Below, in pieces: positions 30,000-41,900 of a stretch of 64,000 bases of DNA. The number at the start of each line of letters is the position of its first letter. Within the stretch, counting starts at the first letter, position 1. The DNA is from Nitrosopumilaceae archaeon (lineage in GTDB: Archaea > Thermoproteota > Nitrososphaeria > Nitrososphaerales > Nitrosopumilaceae). Both the position numbers and the translations under genes were made by a program. The stretch covers positions 1,024,001-1,088,000 of the forward strand of contig OZ242274.1 in the NCBI GenBank assembly GCA_965207375.1, read 5' to 3'. Below the pieces are notes generated by a model that saw only the letters and a program-made list of their open reading frames with translations, ran no database searches and had not been told where the DNA came from.

Positions 30000-30053
30000 T
30001 TAATACAATGTAGATCTTTGCCCTTAAATTTAGCTATTCTTCAAATATCTGAC

Positions 30054-30446
30054 ATGAGTAACGCTATCGTGGCAATTTCTTTGGATCACATCAATATGCA
30101 AGTTAAAAACTTGGAGCAGAGCATATCTTTTTACAAAAACATGTTTGGATTTACAGTACGTAAAGAGGACAATTCTACAAACTCAGGTGTTCCATCTCAA
30201 ATAATTGGAAACGATGCCATCAAATTGTGTCTGTACGAACACCCTGAAATGTCTCCTGAGGGAGGAATTGTTCATTTTGGTTTTCATGTCAAAAACTATG
30301 ACGATATTTTGTCCAAATGCAAAAAACACAAAGTACAAGTTTTGTATGGGGGACCTGTCAAATTTGAAAAGTCCGAATCTGTATACATCAAAGACCCAAA
30401 TGGTTACGATATAGAACTAAGTAAAATATGTGGAGGTGGGTTATAG
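30054..30446 (+). CDS. VOC/glyoxalase family protein
   Basis: DHINMQV, HFGFHV, KDPNGYDIEL; ATG 30054 preferred as start. Confidence 0.9.
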   Translation: MSNAIVAISLDHINMQVKNLEQSISFYKNMFGFTVRKEDNSTNSGVPSQIIGNDAIKLCLYEHPEMSPEGGIVHFGFHVKNYDDILSKCKKHKVQVLYGGPVKFEKSESVYIKDPNGYDIELSKICGGGL

Positions 30447-30842
30447 AAATTTGTGTTGCACATGCGTTTAACCCTTAATCTGCCTAAATCTTTGATAATC
30501 CGAGTTTTTGCAATGTGCGTTACTGTACAAGTCTTGTAATTCAAAATTATATTACGTACAAGATTTAACGTATACAAATTAATTTCATAATCTAGATTAC
30601 AAATTCCTGTGTACAATTTGTCTATTGCAGAAATTACATACATTAAACTCCCGGCGGCACTCTCCAGCATACTGCACCGTACACGTACAGACATCCGTAG
30701 AAGCTTAGAATAAATCCTGATACTGTTCCTGTACCAAATATCAGAAAATATGTCCTCGTTCTCATATTTTTTAATATTTTAAAAACGTCATGCTGACTAG
30801 TGTGTTTTTTGTAATATATATCGGTATTTTTTTTACACATTA

Positions 30843-31214
30843 ATGCCTGAAAGCAAATTTGATTTTGTTGCTCACAAAGTCACGATTCATCGTTGGCCTC
30901 ATGATACCCCACAATGGAGTGATCAAAGAAAAAAACAGGTTGAACAATATAGTCAAAGCAGTGAACCAAAACATGTGTATGTACGTGGCAAAACGGTACA
31001 TCTTGACAATTTCAAGTTTGACTCTATTTGCAAAATTGGAGTCACAATTCCATTATTCAAAAGACAAAGTACTGTTATCTTTGAGGGACGTTGTGAGGAA
31101 TTTTATGCACACGTTCACATTACAACCAAATCAAACGATTATCTTCAGATCTTTAACAATTTGATGAATTGGAGAAAAAATCAATTCCCAGACGCGTTTT
31201 ATATTGACAAGTGA
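30843..31214 (+). CDS. Hypothetical protein
   Basis: 123-aa ORF with protein-like composition. Confidence 0.7.
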   Translation: MPESKFDFVAHKVTIHRWPHDTPQWSDQRKKQVEQYSQSSEPKHVYVRGKTVHLDNFKFDSICKIGVTIPLFKRQSTVIFEGRCEEFYAHVHITTKSNDYLQIFNNLMNWRKNQFPDAFYIDK

Positions 31215-31690
31215 TTTTTGAATTATCGAATATGTTTGTGACATAATATGTATAAAATACACTTTGTATTTTTGGACATCAAACACAATGAGTGTTTTAA
31301 AAAATTATTCTATCTGTTATTACCATTTATTCTTTTATGATGACTCTGATTTGTAACCAAAAATTACAACTTTTACTAAAATTAAATGCCAGGAAATTAA
31401 TCAAGGATTCAAACCTTGACTGTTTTACTTTTACAGTAATGGCATTTTATCATGTTTTTGAATTTTATGGCATCTCTTTTCATAGGTGCGTAGTAATCGC
31501 AAAAAAGAATGGAACGCTTTCTGGCTGTAGCCTGTGCTATTAGATTTCAGCCACAGGTAAAACGCAAAATCATGACAGAATATGGGCAAATTCATAAAAT
31601 CAAACATGTTGTGGCATGTTTTGGTATATTGGTGCAGTTTTGAGCTTAGGTTACCCTGAAAAGACAACCCTTGAAATCCTGATATGTTTT

Positions 31691-32800
31691 TCAGATTACA
31701 GATGTCTGAAGGACGTTTTTGGCCTGATCTATTGCATCAAGCATGTATTTGAACAGCTTTACAGTTGCCACCTCGCCTGATTTTATGAGTTGTTTTATGG
31801 TATCATGCATTTTTTCAAAGCTGCCAAAGTATCTTCCTGCAATGGCCCGTTTGATCTCACGCCACATCATCTCTATTGGATTGTGCTGTGGGGTGTACGG
31901 TGGAAGGTACCACAGGACAACATCGCCGCATGCCTTTTCCAAATACTCTTTGATCTTTTTGGATTTGTGGCCACTTGCATTATCACATATCACAAAGACT
32001 CTGCCATGCTTTTTACGTATCTGTTCAAGTAAATCTATGACACTATCAGATCCAACGTCGTCATAAAAATCCAAGACTAGTCCGTCTTGACCGAGTGCGC
32101 CTATTGCCTTTGTGGTAGCAGTCTTAAAGTTAGACTTTACAGTTTCATGTCCACCTATGGGACGAATCCCACGAGCAGAAAACGGCGAGTCGGCAAATCC
32201 TACAGCATCCAAACAACATATGGCATAATCAGCAGATGCATGTGACGTAATTGCTTGTATGGTGTTTGACACGTATTTGTCAATTGTCTCCTTGTCAGGT
32301 GTATTGTATGGTACGGATCTAGGCACTCTGATGGAATAACCCATGCCATACGCAAGTGCAAGAGCTCCTGATGCACTGTATTGTGTACCATAATTGTTCT
32401 CAATGTGTACTCCAAGCAGTCTAGCAGTCCAGTTTGAGCGCTCAAAACCGCTGCACATTGGATCCTGGGCAAGAGATATTCTGACTGCCTCCTGTTGTAC
32501 CTTTGAGAGCTTGCAGGGTCTTCCGGTACTCTTGCCGTCAAGTATCGCATCAGGTCCTTCTTTTTGCATCCTGTTGAGCCATCTTGAGATGCTGCCCTTA
32601 CCTCGTCCTAGAATTTTACGTATAGATTCTAGATCTAGGCCCTGTCTGCGCAGCAGTGCTGCCTGTAGCCGCTCACGCGACTTGCCTGAGTGCTCTGCCT
32701 TTAGGCGATGTTCCATCTCAGACGTAGTGGTACCTTTGAGAAACTCTATTCCTCTCTTTACCCCTGAGGATGGCTTCATAAAATATCGTCCTCCCAACAT
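31691..32800 (-). mobile_element. IS630-family transposase, third type, intact ORF
   Basis: GRPCKL, WTARLL, DNASGH, LPPYTPQHNPIE; ends not resolved. Confidence 0.93.
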
Positions 32801-33309
32801 GGGCAGTTAAATATGGCATTATCAAGTGTATCTTGATGTGCCTTTAGCTGTTGTATCATAATTGCTTCTAGGCACGTCAATCTTTTGTATCGCAAGTTCT
32901 AATTTCATTGATCCCATACGTTACCAAATATGACAAAAATGCAACTAAGCAGGCACATTCCTGTCCAATTTGGCCCAAGATATGGGCATGCAGGCTCTTT
33001 TTTTCAGGAATTTGGGTTCCATTCTTTTTTCAAATTACTATGCGTAATTCAAGGCTGGCCGTACCAGTCTTTTTTTCGCGTCATCTCAAAGCATTCCAAA
33101 CCATTTGACTTCCTCAAAGAACAATTTAATCACATCAAGTATTTTTGTGGTGTCTGTGTTGGTCCACCAAAGTATCCATCCCACTCATCTCTTGAAAATA
33201 TCGGCACCTCTACATACCATCTTCTCCTGTCCTGCATCGTTACGTTTGGTGAGGACCCTGCTAGAATAGGACCGATCAAAACCGAATGCTTATGGGCGTA
33301 GGAGGTAGT

Positions 33310-33575
33310 ATCAAGGACATGAGTAAGATGCGTAGCCCACAAGAAAAGGCCAGACATCATTGTAGAGTTTTTAATACCTGCATATCTGCAGCCGAATTGT
33401 GCCGTAGATACAATGTGTCACATGCGACATTTCAGGATTGGAAGGACAAGTTCTTGCAGGGAGGCGAGCAGGCACTTGATAGCAGGGAGATGCGGCAAGA
33501 AATCAAGCTAGGGAAATAGAGAATCTCAAGAATCATAGGCGAGATAACAATAGCTAACGACATTTTAAAAAATTA
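33310..33575 (+). pseudogene. IS3-family OrfA remnant
   Basis: AELCRRYNVS...WKDKFLQGG then, frameshifted, IGEITIANDILK. Confidence 0.7.
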
Positions 33576-33597
33576 AAAACAGAGAAAATTTTTATGA

Positions 33598-33723
33598 TTA
33601 ATTTTTTGTACTTCCTTCCAAAACACCAGAATCACCATGAATTCTATCTATGTGTCTTGAAAGATCGCCATTGTTTTCAAAAATAGAGTCGCAATAAGGA
33701 CATTTTGGATTGTCTTCAGACAT
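33598..33723 (-). CDS. 41-aa C2H2 zinc-finger microprotein
   Basis: MSEDNPKCPYCDSIFENNGDLSRHIDRIHGDSGVLEGSTKN*. Confidence 0.75.
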   Translation of the reverse strand: MSEDNPKCPYCDSIFENNGDLSRHIDRIHGDSGVLEGSTKN

Positions 33724-33765
33724 GTGTTTGATACTTGTAATCCCTGTTATATCTTCTTACAGATC

Positions 33766-33864
33766 CAGCTAAACGAAATGTGGGTAAAATAGGCCAAAAT
33801 CTACCTCAAAATGCAGAGCGCAATAGGGGCAGGTTAAGAATTTGGGCCACATTTTGCTTAGCTG
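33766..33864. mobile_element. 99-bp MITE built from the two ends of the ISH3-like element
   Basis: CAGCTAAACGAAATGTGG...CCACATTTTGCTTAGCTG; interior aligns with 38705-38773 and 35781-35810. Confidence 0.88.
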
Positions 33865-33889
33865 ATAATACAGAACGTGGCCTCCTGCT

Positions 33890-34573
33890 CTACAAGACTC
33901 ACTATGACGCGCAAATGAGACTCAATGATATACGCCATTGAACAAGGGATACACATAGACGATGTGGCCAAATCCTTTGGCGTATCAATACGAGTATTAT
34001 ACGAGTGGAAGACCAAATATGAACAACGTGGTCTTGAGGAGGCTCCCCGTACAGGAAGACCGTCGTTTCTTTCAGACAAGAAAACAAAATAATGCATGGA
34101 TAACATCTAAAAAAATAACGAGATACCAACTGCAAAAAGATAGTGAGAAGAGATCCACAAGATTCGTGGCATCAAGTATAACAAATCAGAAATACAAAGA
34201 ATGTTTGCCAAAAACGACCATACCTTCAAAAAAATTGTGCCCATTTATGTACGTGTAGCCACAAACGAGGAGGCAGATATTTGGCGTAAAAAGAATCTCC
34301 AAAGATTAAGAGATTAGAAACAGGGCCACAAACTTGTTGGCCTAGATGAGGCATCAGTTGAAATTAATTCAGATATGGATATTGCAAACGCGATACGAGA
34401 CTGTATGCCATATACAACGATACAAAGCAAAAAGTGCCTATAATTGGCGCCATGGTAGAAGACAGACGCGCTATGTTTAATACAAAACACAAATTTAACT
34501 CAACTACATTTATAGAATTTTTACGAGATATGCAACGAACCATTGGTCCCACAGTAATTGTGATGGATAAGGC
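33890..34573 (+). pseudogene. Degenerate second copy of the 17.9-kb IS630 transposase
   Basis: Long near-identity to 17940-18640 with indels and stops. Confidence 0.92.
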
Positions 34574-34878
34574 GCGGGGGTTGTAACACAAAGTGTTACT
34601 GTAATTTAAAATGTATTCGTCTGTCTGGTACAAGTTGTGGACCTATAGAGACCGACGAATACGATATGTATCAGAATATGCTATAATTTAAGGTATAAGT
34701 TTTTAATTTTAAAAGGGTGTTTAATTTTTAAGTGGCAGATTTTGATTTTTTGTCTTTCATGTTCTGTGTTGCCTCCTATTGCTAAAGTGTGCATTGATGA
34801 TCGGTCTCCTTCTAGCGTGGTCCACACCAACCTTGTGCATAGTGATTTTAAAATCACTAGACAGATGGCGGATTTGAT

Positions 34879-35250
34879 TTGCAAAAGATATTATGTAAAA
34901 AGCTAAACATTACGTCATACATCAGAATAGACCATAATGCAGTTACGCGTTCAGACGGTGCCAATAGAGATCGTACTCTTGCAGCCATTGATCATCTAGG
35001 TGATGGCGTATCAGATCCTAAAAAATTTGCACAGCTGACAAAAGAAGAACGTGAGGCAAACAGGAAGGTCTGGAAAAAAAGGGTACAATATGGCAAAAGA
35101 TGGATAGTTGAGATAGTAATATCATCAATTAAGCGACTGTTTGGTGATTCGGTATCTGCTGTAACGTGGGAAAACATCATACAAGAGATTAATCTCAAGG
35201 TACACATCTACAACAAGATGTTACAGATGCAAAGAAGGGCAATAGCGTAA
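34879..35250 (+). pseudogene. IS5-family transposase C-terminal fragment
   Basis: WKKRVQYGKRWIVEIVISSIKRLFG. Confidence 0.8.
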
Positions 35251-35319
35251 ACATACGACTTGATTATTGGTGCACTATGTCCCCACTTGGAAATATGGAG
35301 GGGTTATAACACAAACTAG

Positions 35320-35705
35320 TACGTACACATCTTCTAAATGCTTTACCTGACATGTTTACATTTTTGTTGTATCCTGGCATGCCTGCACACAACAACGATA
35401 CAGAGCGTGAGATACGCGATGCAATAATACCGCAGCGCAACATAAGACACAAACTGACTACGATACAAGGACGGGAGGTATTTTCAACAAATCTGACATT
35501 TGTCAGAACTGCCCACAAGCAAAAGATTTCTTCTGCTAGAGCATTATTAGAACACATTCTAGATTCTGATTGGAGCTTTGAGAATGTCAAAGATACTCCG
35601 TATTCGCTTACCAACTCTGATGGCTCTAGGTATTCTATATTTGAAGGACTAGACCCTCCCTATACAGTACGTCAGGATCAGGCAGCTGGCGTGGCTAGTG
35701 CATAG
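35320..35705 (+). pseudogene. IS66-family transposase C-terminal fragment
   Basis: FTFLLYPGMPAHNNDTEREIR. Confidence 0.8.
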
Positions 35706-36382
35706 TTTCTACCTGACGCACACGGGACGGCGTCAACCCGTAGCCCTATATCGGCGACCTGAGTATGTACAGCTGACATACAGCTAAGCGAAATGTGGCC
35801 CAAATCCTACCCTGGTGGCGGCTTGGACTGACGTATCAACTCAAAATCCATTTGTACTTTGAAAACTAGCATGGTCATAATACTCTGACTTGCTGTATCA
35901 TCACAAAGAATAGCCCTGATAATTATCCACTCGTTGTACAGTATCAGCGAATAATAAAAACACAGCATTCTTGATACGTTATCTTTGATTCGTGTCTTGG
36001 CCCTGCATTGTTTCATCTTGCTGTATCCTGATTCTATTCCCCACCTACTTGCATATTCTGTAACATCGACAGTATCACAGTTGGTTGCAAAGCCAATGTA
36101 TTTTTCCTCGGCAACATCAGTATCCTTTGATCCTTTTCTTCTTTCTATTATCATTGTATACGGTACAGAATGACAGTCGTTTTGTAGGGTACACTCTGAT
36201 GTTACATCACGTTTTTTACGACTATACTCGTCTAGTGCAGATTTTACATTTGGTGTATTTCTGCAATGTATCAAAAAGGATACGTCGTTTTGAATCAGCA
36301 TTTGTATTGTATCTACTGAGAAAAACTCACGATCACACAATGCCAGACGAACTTTTACTCCCAAATCCTACAGTGTTTTGAG

Positions 36383-38119
36383 GTAACAGATCGACTTTCT
36401 GAAGTTACTCTGGGATTTAGATGACCCATGAAACTGCATGCAAAACCCCGGTGCAGTTTACGTCAATGAACCAGTATACAACAGATTCAGATTACAGAAA
36501 TGATCATACAGTAACAAATTTTGTGTATCACACGGTATACATTTGATGGTATCATGCAGCAACTGTGACTTTTGGCATGGGAATTTCTTTGATATTTCCA
36601 CGCAGATACTCCTTGACGAAATGATACGGATTTACATCGCGCCTTTCACATGTGGCAAATATGCTTTGACGTATCTCTGTGGTTTTTAGGCCTCTCTCTG
36701 AGCGACTACCGTAGAATATCTTCCTCATTATAGCAAATATGCGCATTGCCTGCTCGCTTGCATTGTTGTGGTACGGCACACCATCATATTTTAGAAATGT
36801 TAGCAAAGAGTTACCCTCGCGTTTTAGTCGCTTTACATATCTGAGACAATCTGTATCCTCATATGTTCCTGTAGCAAGTGCATTGATTCTTTTTTGCAGT
36901 TTAGTTATGCTGCGCTTTGGAATGTCCTGTACTGTGTCGTGTTTTTTGCCAAGCTTTATTGCAGATTTTAGTATCTTGTATAGTTCATCAAAGAATGTTT
37001 GAAATTCTTTTTTGTCATTTTTTTCAAGCGTTCTATACATGTCTCTGAAATAGTGTAGCAGGCATTTTTGAAGTATGTCTGCAACACTCCATCCAGGATG
37101 AGAGTCACCCATTAGTATGCCCTCAAAATCCTTTAGAAACGTCTCAGATACCATTTTGCTTCTAGATTGTGAGATGTGATATACTACCGTGTATATCGAA
37201 TGAAACACCCATGCCCAGCATAGTTTGCCGTTTAGATACCATCCTGTTTCGTCACCTCCTAGGATTTTTGCCTTGACAATCTCATCAAGAAGCGAATAAT
37301 ATACAGGTTCTAGGCATTTTGAGACGCGTGCATCAAGTTTTTCAAGTGTGGATATGGCAATATTTTTGCCGTAAAACATCTGCAAGAGTTTTTGTATTTT
37401 GCCATACGATATAGTCAGGTTTCTCATTGCAGAAATTCTTGCCATTATTGTGATGCTAAAATGCTCTTCTGGCATAAAGTCAATAGGTTTTGCATATTGC
37501 ATGCGTGCACATTTTTTGCAGTATCTGCCCACAATAGTCATGTTGACACCAGACCATTTGCCGTCTATTATCGATTCACCGTTTCTAGTGTATTTGCTTG
37601 ACGAATCTGCAAGCGGATTACCACATGATGGACAAAACTTGTGATCTACAATTACATCTGTGGTCTCATGGTCTTGTTGCGTATATTTTGGCTGCGTCTT
37701 TTGTTTTTTGATCTCTGGGTATCCCTTGTACTCTCTGGTGTTATAGCTACTGACATGACTGGATCTTGTTTTTTTCTTTTGCAGTTTTGCTATGAGTTTT
37801 TTTAGTTGAACGATTTCTTCTTTTAGCTGTTTGTTTTCTGTGATTACTTGTTTATTTTCTGCAATCACTTGTTTATTTTCTGCAATCACTTGTTTGCTTT
37901 CTACATCTTTTAGCTGATTGTCTTTTTGCAGATCTTTCATTTGTTTATCCATTTGATCAAATTTTTCAGTAAGAACCTCGAAAAGCTTGTTGACATCGGG
38001 ATTCTTCCAGTCTATTTCTTCAAGATCAAATCCCGGCATCATAATTTTATGCTGATGATAGTGATCCTTATGCTTTACTGCCTGACTATATAAGGAACTT
38101 CAGAGAGTCGGAATGTTAC
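36383..38119 (-). mobile_element. IS66-family element with a single ORF
   Basis: TIR GTAACAGATCGACTTTCTGAAGTT / GTAACATTCCGACTCTCTGAAGTT; 8-bp TSD GTTTTGAG. Confidence 0.95.
36552..38042 (-). CDS. IS66-family transposase
   Basis: Leucine zipper (ENKQVI x3), CPSCG..CKKC, DETGW, CLLHYFR, HNNASEQAMR. Confidence 0.95.
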   Translation of the reverse strand: MMPGFDLEEIDWKNPDVNKLFEVLTEKFDQMDKQMKDLQKDNQLKDVESKQVIAENKQVIAENKQVITENKQLKEEIVQLKKLIAKLQKKKTRSSHVSSYNTREYKGYPEIKKQKTQPKYTQQDHETTDVIVDHKFCPSCGNPLADSSSKYTRNGESIIDGKWSGVNMTIVGRYCKKCARMQYAKPIDFMPEEHFSITIMARISAMRNLTISYGKIQKLLQMFYGKNIAISTLEKLDARVSKCLEPVYYSLLDEIVKAKILGGDETGWYLNGKLCWAWVFHSIYTVVYHISQSRSKMVSETFLKDFEGILMGDSHPGWSVADILQKCLLHYFRDMYRTLEKNDKKEFQTFFDELYKILKSAIKLGKKHDTVQDIPKRSITKLQKRINALATGTYEDTDCLRYVKRLKREGNSLLTFLKYDGVPYHNNASEQAMRIFAIMRKIFYGSRSERGLKTTEIRQSIFATCERRDVNPYHFVKEYLRGNIKEIPMPKVTVAA

Positions 38120-38988
38120 GTTTTGAGCAGAAAATTCACCGATTTAGGCACGGAATCTAGGCATTTTGAGATGTATTGCAGCTAGAACTACTCTCATTGT
38201 ATCATCCACACAGTGAACCGTCATGTAACGCTCAAAATATGTCGTACCGTTTTTGTATTTAGAACTAGTCAGCTCCTCCCCATATATCCTGTCATAACGG
38301 CATATGAGGTGTAGGTCCATTGCAACTGTAAGCCCCTTCTTTGGAATCTTTCCCATTTTTTTGAGAATCTTAACCTGTCTTGCTATCTGTAATTGGAAAA
38401 CGTCCTGTACTGATTCCTCTGGTATGCCCTTGATTGCAGATGCATACCATCTGTCTGATGGCGTGTTGCTGTTTTTTTGTTTTACTGCATTTGCACATCC
38501 TCCTACGGAGGAGTCCATGATGGCAGCCCTCAACATTCCGGTGCTGAGATCATCAACTCCATATATCGTATTGTCACTGACTGACCAAGTAGTGCATGCA
38601 AGCATGTTTTTGGCACCAGATGCGGCATCTTGATATAATCGCGGATTGTTTAATAGTTCACGGCTCTGTTTGGTTTTTTGTTTAGTCACTGAAAATCATC
38701 TGGAGCCGCCCCTATTGATCTGTTTGCATTTTTGGTGGATTTTTGCCTATTTTGCCCACATTTCGCTTAGCTGACATATCAAAAAGGTTAAATTAACTCC
38801 TAATATGGAAATAATGTGATATTAGAGAAGGAATTTACTTTATGTGATATGCCTTTTCCAAAATACTTGTATGTCAGATTTGGCCTAAATCAGAATATTA
38901 TTTACTTTAATACTATTGACAAAGATTGTATATGTAATAATTTTTCAAATAAAAATTACGTTGAAAATTATTTTAGAGGGAATTTATT

Positions 38989-41900
38989 TTGAATAAGACA
39001 CATGTCGTTCTTTTATCGATAATTGTAGCAGTAGTTACAATGGCCGTATCAAGTCAGGAAGCAAACGCACAAACTGTTCATCTATCTACCAGTGCAACTA
39101 ATGGTACTAATCTTGATTCAATTCCGTTTAATGTTGTATTTAATGACCCTGCACATCAATTACAACATAGCCATATTGCTGTAGAGCGTGGCACCGCTAG
39201 ACAAGATAGTACTGCAAGTACCCCCATATCAAAGATGTCATTTTATATCGGCGCCTTTAACGAACGTGGCATTGGAATACTTGGTTCAGGTGATGGCCAG
39301 TTTTATTATCCGCGTGCAATAGCAGTAAACTCTACAGGTCACATCTATGTGGCAGATTCAAACAACAACCGTATTCAGATATTTGACCTTGCTGGCAATT
39401 ATGTATCACAGTTTGGTATTGGCGCCCCACATGGAATGGTAATGAACGACACCCACATCCACATAACAGACACCGCAAATCACCGAATCCAAATATTTGA
39501 CAACTCTGGAAATTACATCTCACAGTTTGGCAGTGGTCCAGGTAATGGCAATGGCACCTTTAATAGTCCTCAGGCAATAGCAATGAACTCTACTCGCATC
39601 TTGGTAGTAGACGCAGAAAATTATCGCATACAAGTCTTTGATCATTCTGGTAATTATGTCAGCCAGTTTGGCCAGCTAGGTACAGGTGACCATCAGTTTC
39701 TACGCCCCTCTGCAATAGCACTAAACTCTACACACAACATCTTTGTAGCAGACTTTCTCAGTGATAAGATAAAGATTTTTAATCAAACAGGTCATTATAT
39801 GGACTCGTTTGGTACAGGCATTGACGGTCCAAGTGCAGTTTTTGAGTATAACGATTTCATTTACGTGGCATCCCAAAACAATGGTAAGATAATAAAGTTT
39901 GATCAAAACTCAACCGGTACATATGTCGATGTAGGTCTTGGTGATGATATGAGATTACAGGGCATATTAGATAATCGTAAAAATCATGTTGCCCCATCTG
40001 CAATTTTCATTGATGAAAGTACTGATATAGTTTATGCGGCTGATGGGCAACGTCATCAAGTTTTCGTAGATCGTAAGGTATGGTCCTTTAATGTGAATCA
40101 AGGAACAGGTGAGATTAAAGTATGGATAAATACTAACAATCCCACTGGTGCCGATTCAAATCGCATATACCTTACAATTGACAAAACAGGACCAATCCCA
40201 ACAATTTCTAGCTCGATACAGGAAGCGACAAGTACCAAACCTATCCCCTTTAATGTAGAGTTTAACGAACCCATGACCGGCTTTGAAGCATCTGATATTG
40301 TGGCCAGTTCTGGTACAGTACAGAATTTTCGTTCTCCAATAGAATACTATGACACTGGTAGAACTCATCCTACCGATTTCATAAAGGGCCAAATAGCAGT
40401 AAATGCTACAGGCTACATTTATACAACAAATCCTAGCTGGGGAGTTGTTGAAGTTTATGACCCTTATGGCAATCATGTTTTAGACTTTAATCATCCAATA
40501 GTCACTGGCCTCAAAACCGGGTTTAATGATCCACAAGGCATTGCAATAAACGGTACCGGATACATATACGTAACAGATACAGCACACAGCTCCGTACACA
40601 TATTTGACCCATCAAACAAACATGTCTCATATTTTGGTACACATGGCACTACAGGTAGCAGCAGCCTCGGTGACTTTTCCAGACCAATTGCAATAGACAT
40701 AAACGCTACAGGACATGTATTTGTAGCAGATGCGTGGAATCACCGTGTCCAAATATTTGACCCATCAGGAAAATACTTGGATCATATTGGTGGTGACGGT
40801 CCAGGGAGTGGTGGTAAAGGTACAGGCGACGGCCAGTTTGACCGTACAGCAGACGTTGCAGTAAACTCTACAGGCTACATCTATGTCCTAGATGATAGAA
40901 ACGACCGTGTCCAAATATTTGATCCATCCGGTAATTATGTGGGTAAGTTTGATAGTGCAGGTGACAGTTCGTTTGACATACTAAGGTCAATAGCAATAGA
41001 CTCTGATGATAATGTCTATGTCACCGACATTGGTAACCTTGTTTCGCCTGAAACTCGAAATATAATACCTGATCCTACCTGTGAACCGGGAATACCTCCA
41101 GGCGGTACACTTGCAGATCATATTATCTGTACGGTACGCACTGCATATGAAAACGCTGGTATTCACAAATTTGGTCCATCAGGAAACTATCTTGGTGATC
41201 TTGATATTGTAGGTCAGGACAAGATTGCTGTACCATCAGGAATCTATTTTGATGATACAGACGACATTTACGTAACAGATGGCGGAAATAATCAAATCTA
41301 CATAGAGCGTGATGGATTCACTTTTGAAGTAGTAAACGCACCAAACGGTCATTTGGAAATCACCATACCTGCAAATTCCGTACATGATGCAGCAGGTAAC
41401 GGCAACACTGCATCTACTCATACAGTGAATGTCGCTATAACTCCAGAACCACCAACGAGTCTAATTGCAGAACCTAGAAACGAATCAGTCCAACTGTCAT
41501 GGACTGCACCTGCAAATACCTATGGAACTCCAATTACTGATTATATCATAGAACGTAATAACGGTAACAGTTGGATTACTGTTAGTGATGGTGTATCTAC
41601 TGATACAGTTACAACTGTAACTGGTTTAACAAACGGGGTCACCTACCAATTTCGGGTTCATGCCGTAAACAGTATAGGAACCAGTCTTTTATCTAATGTT
41701 GCTAGTGCCACTCCTAACGCTGCACCCACATCACCTGGAATCCCAACTGATCTAGCTGCAACAGCAGGTAACACACAGGTGGTATTAAGTTGGACTGCAC
41801 CAGATCCAAACAGGTCGCCACTTACTGATTATACCATACAATACAAACTAACTACAGCAAACTCTTGGACTACATTTAATGACGGTACAGTTAATCAAAC

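Larger units (their letters stand above)
35781..38773 (-). mobile_element. ISH3-like (IS4 superfamily) element; transposase split by IS66 and frameshifted
   Basis: 18-bp TIR CAGCTAAGCGAAATGTGG; 5-bp TSD ACATA; fragments VAMDLH..., DREFFS, YASRWGIESGY. Confidence 0.93.
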
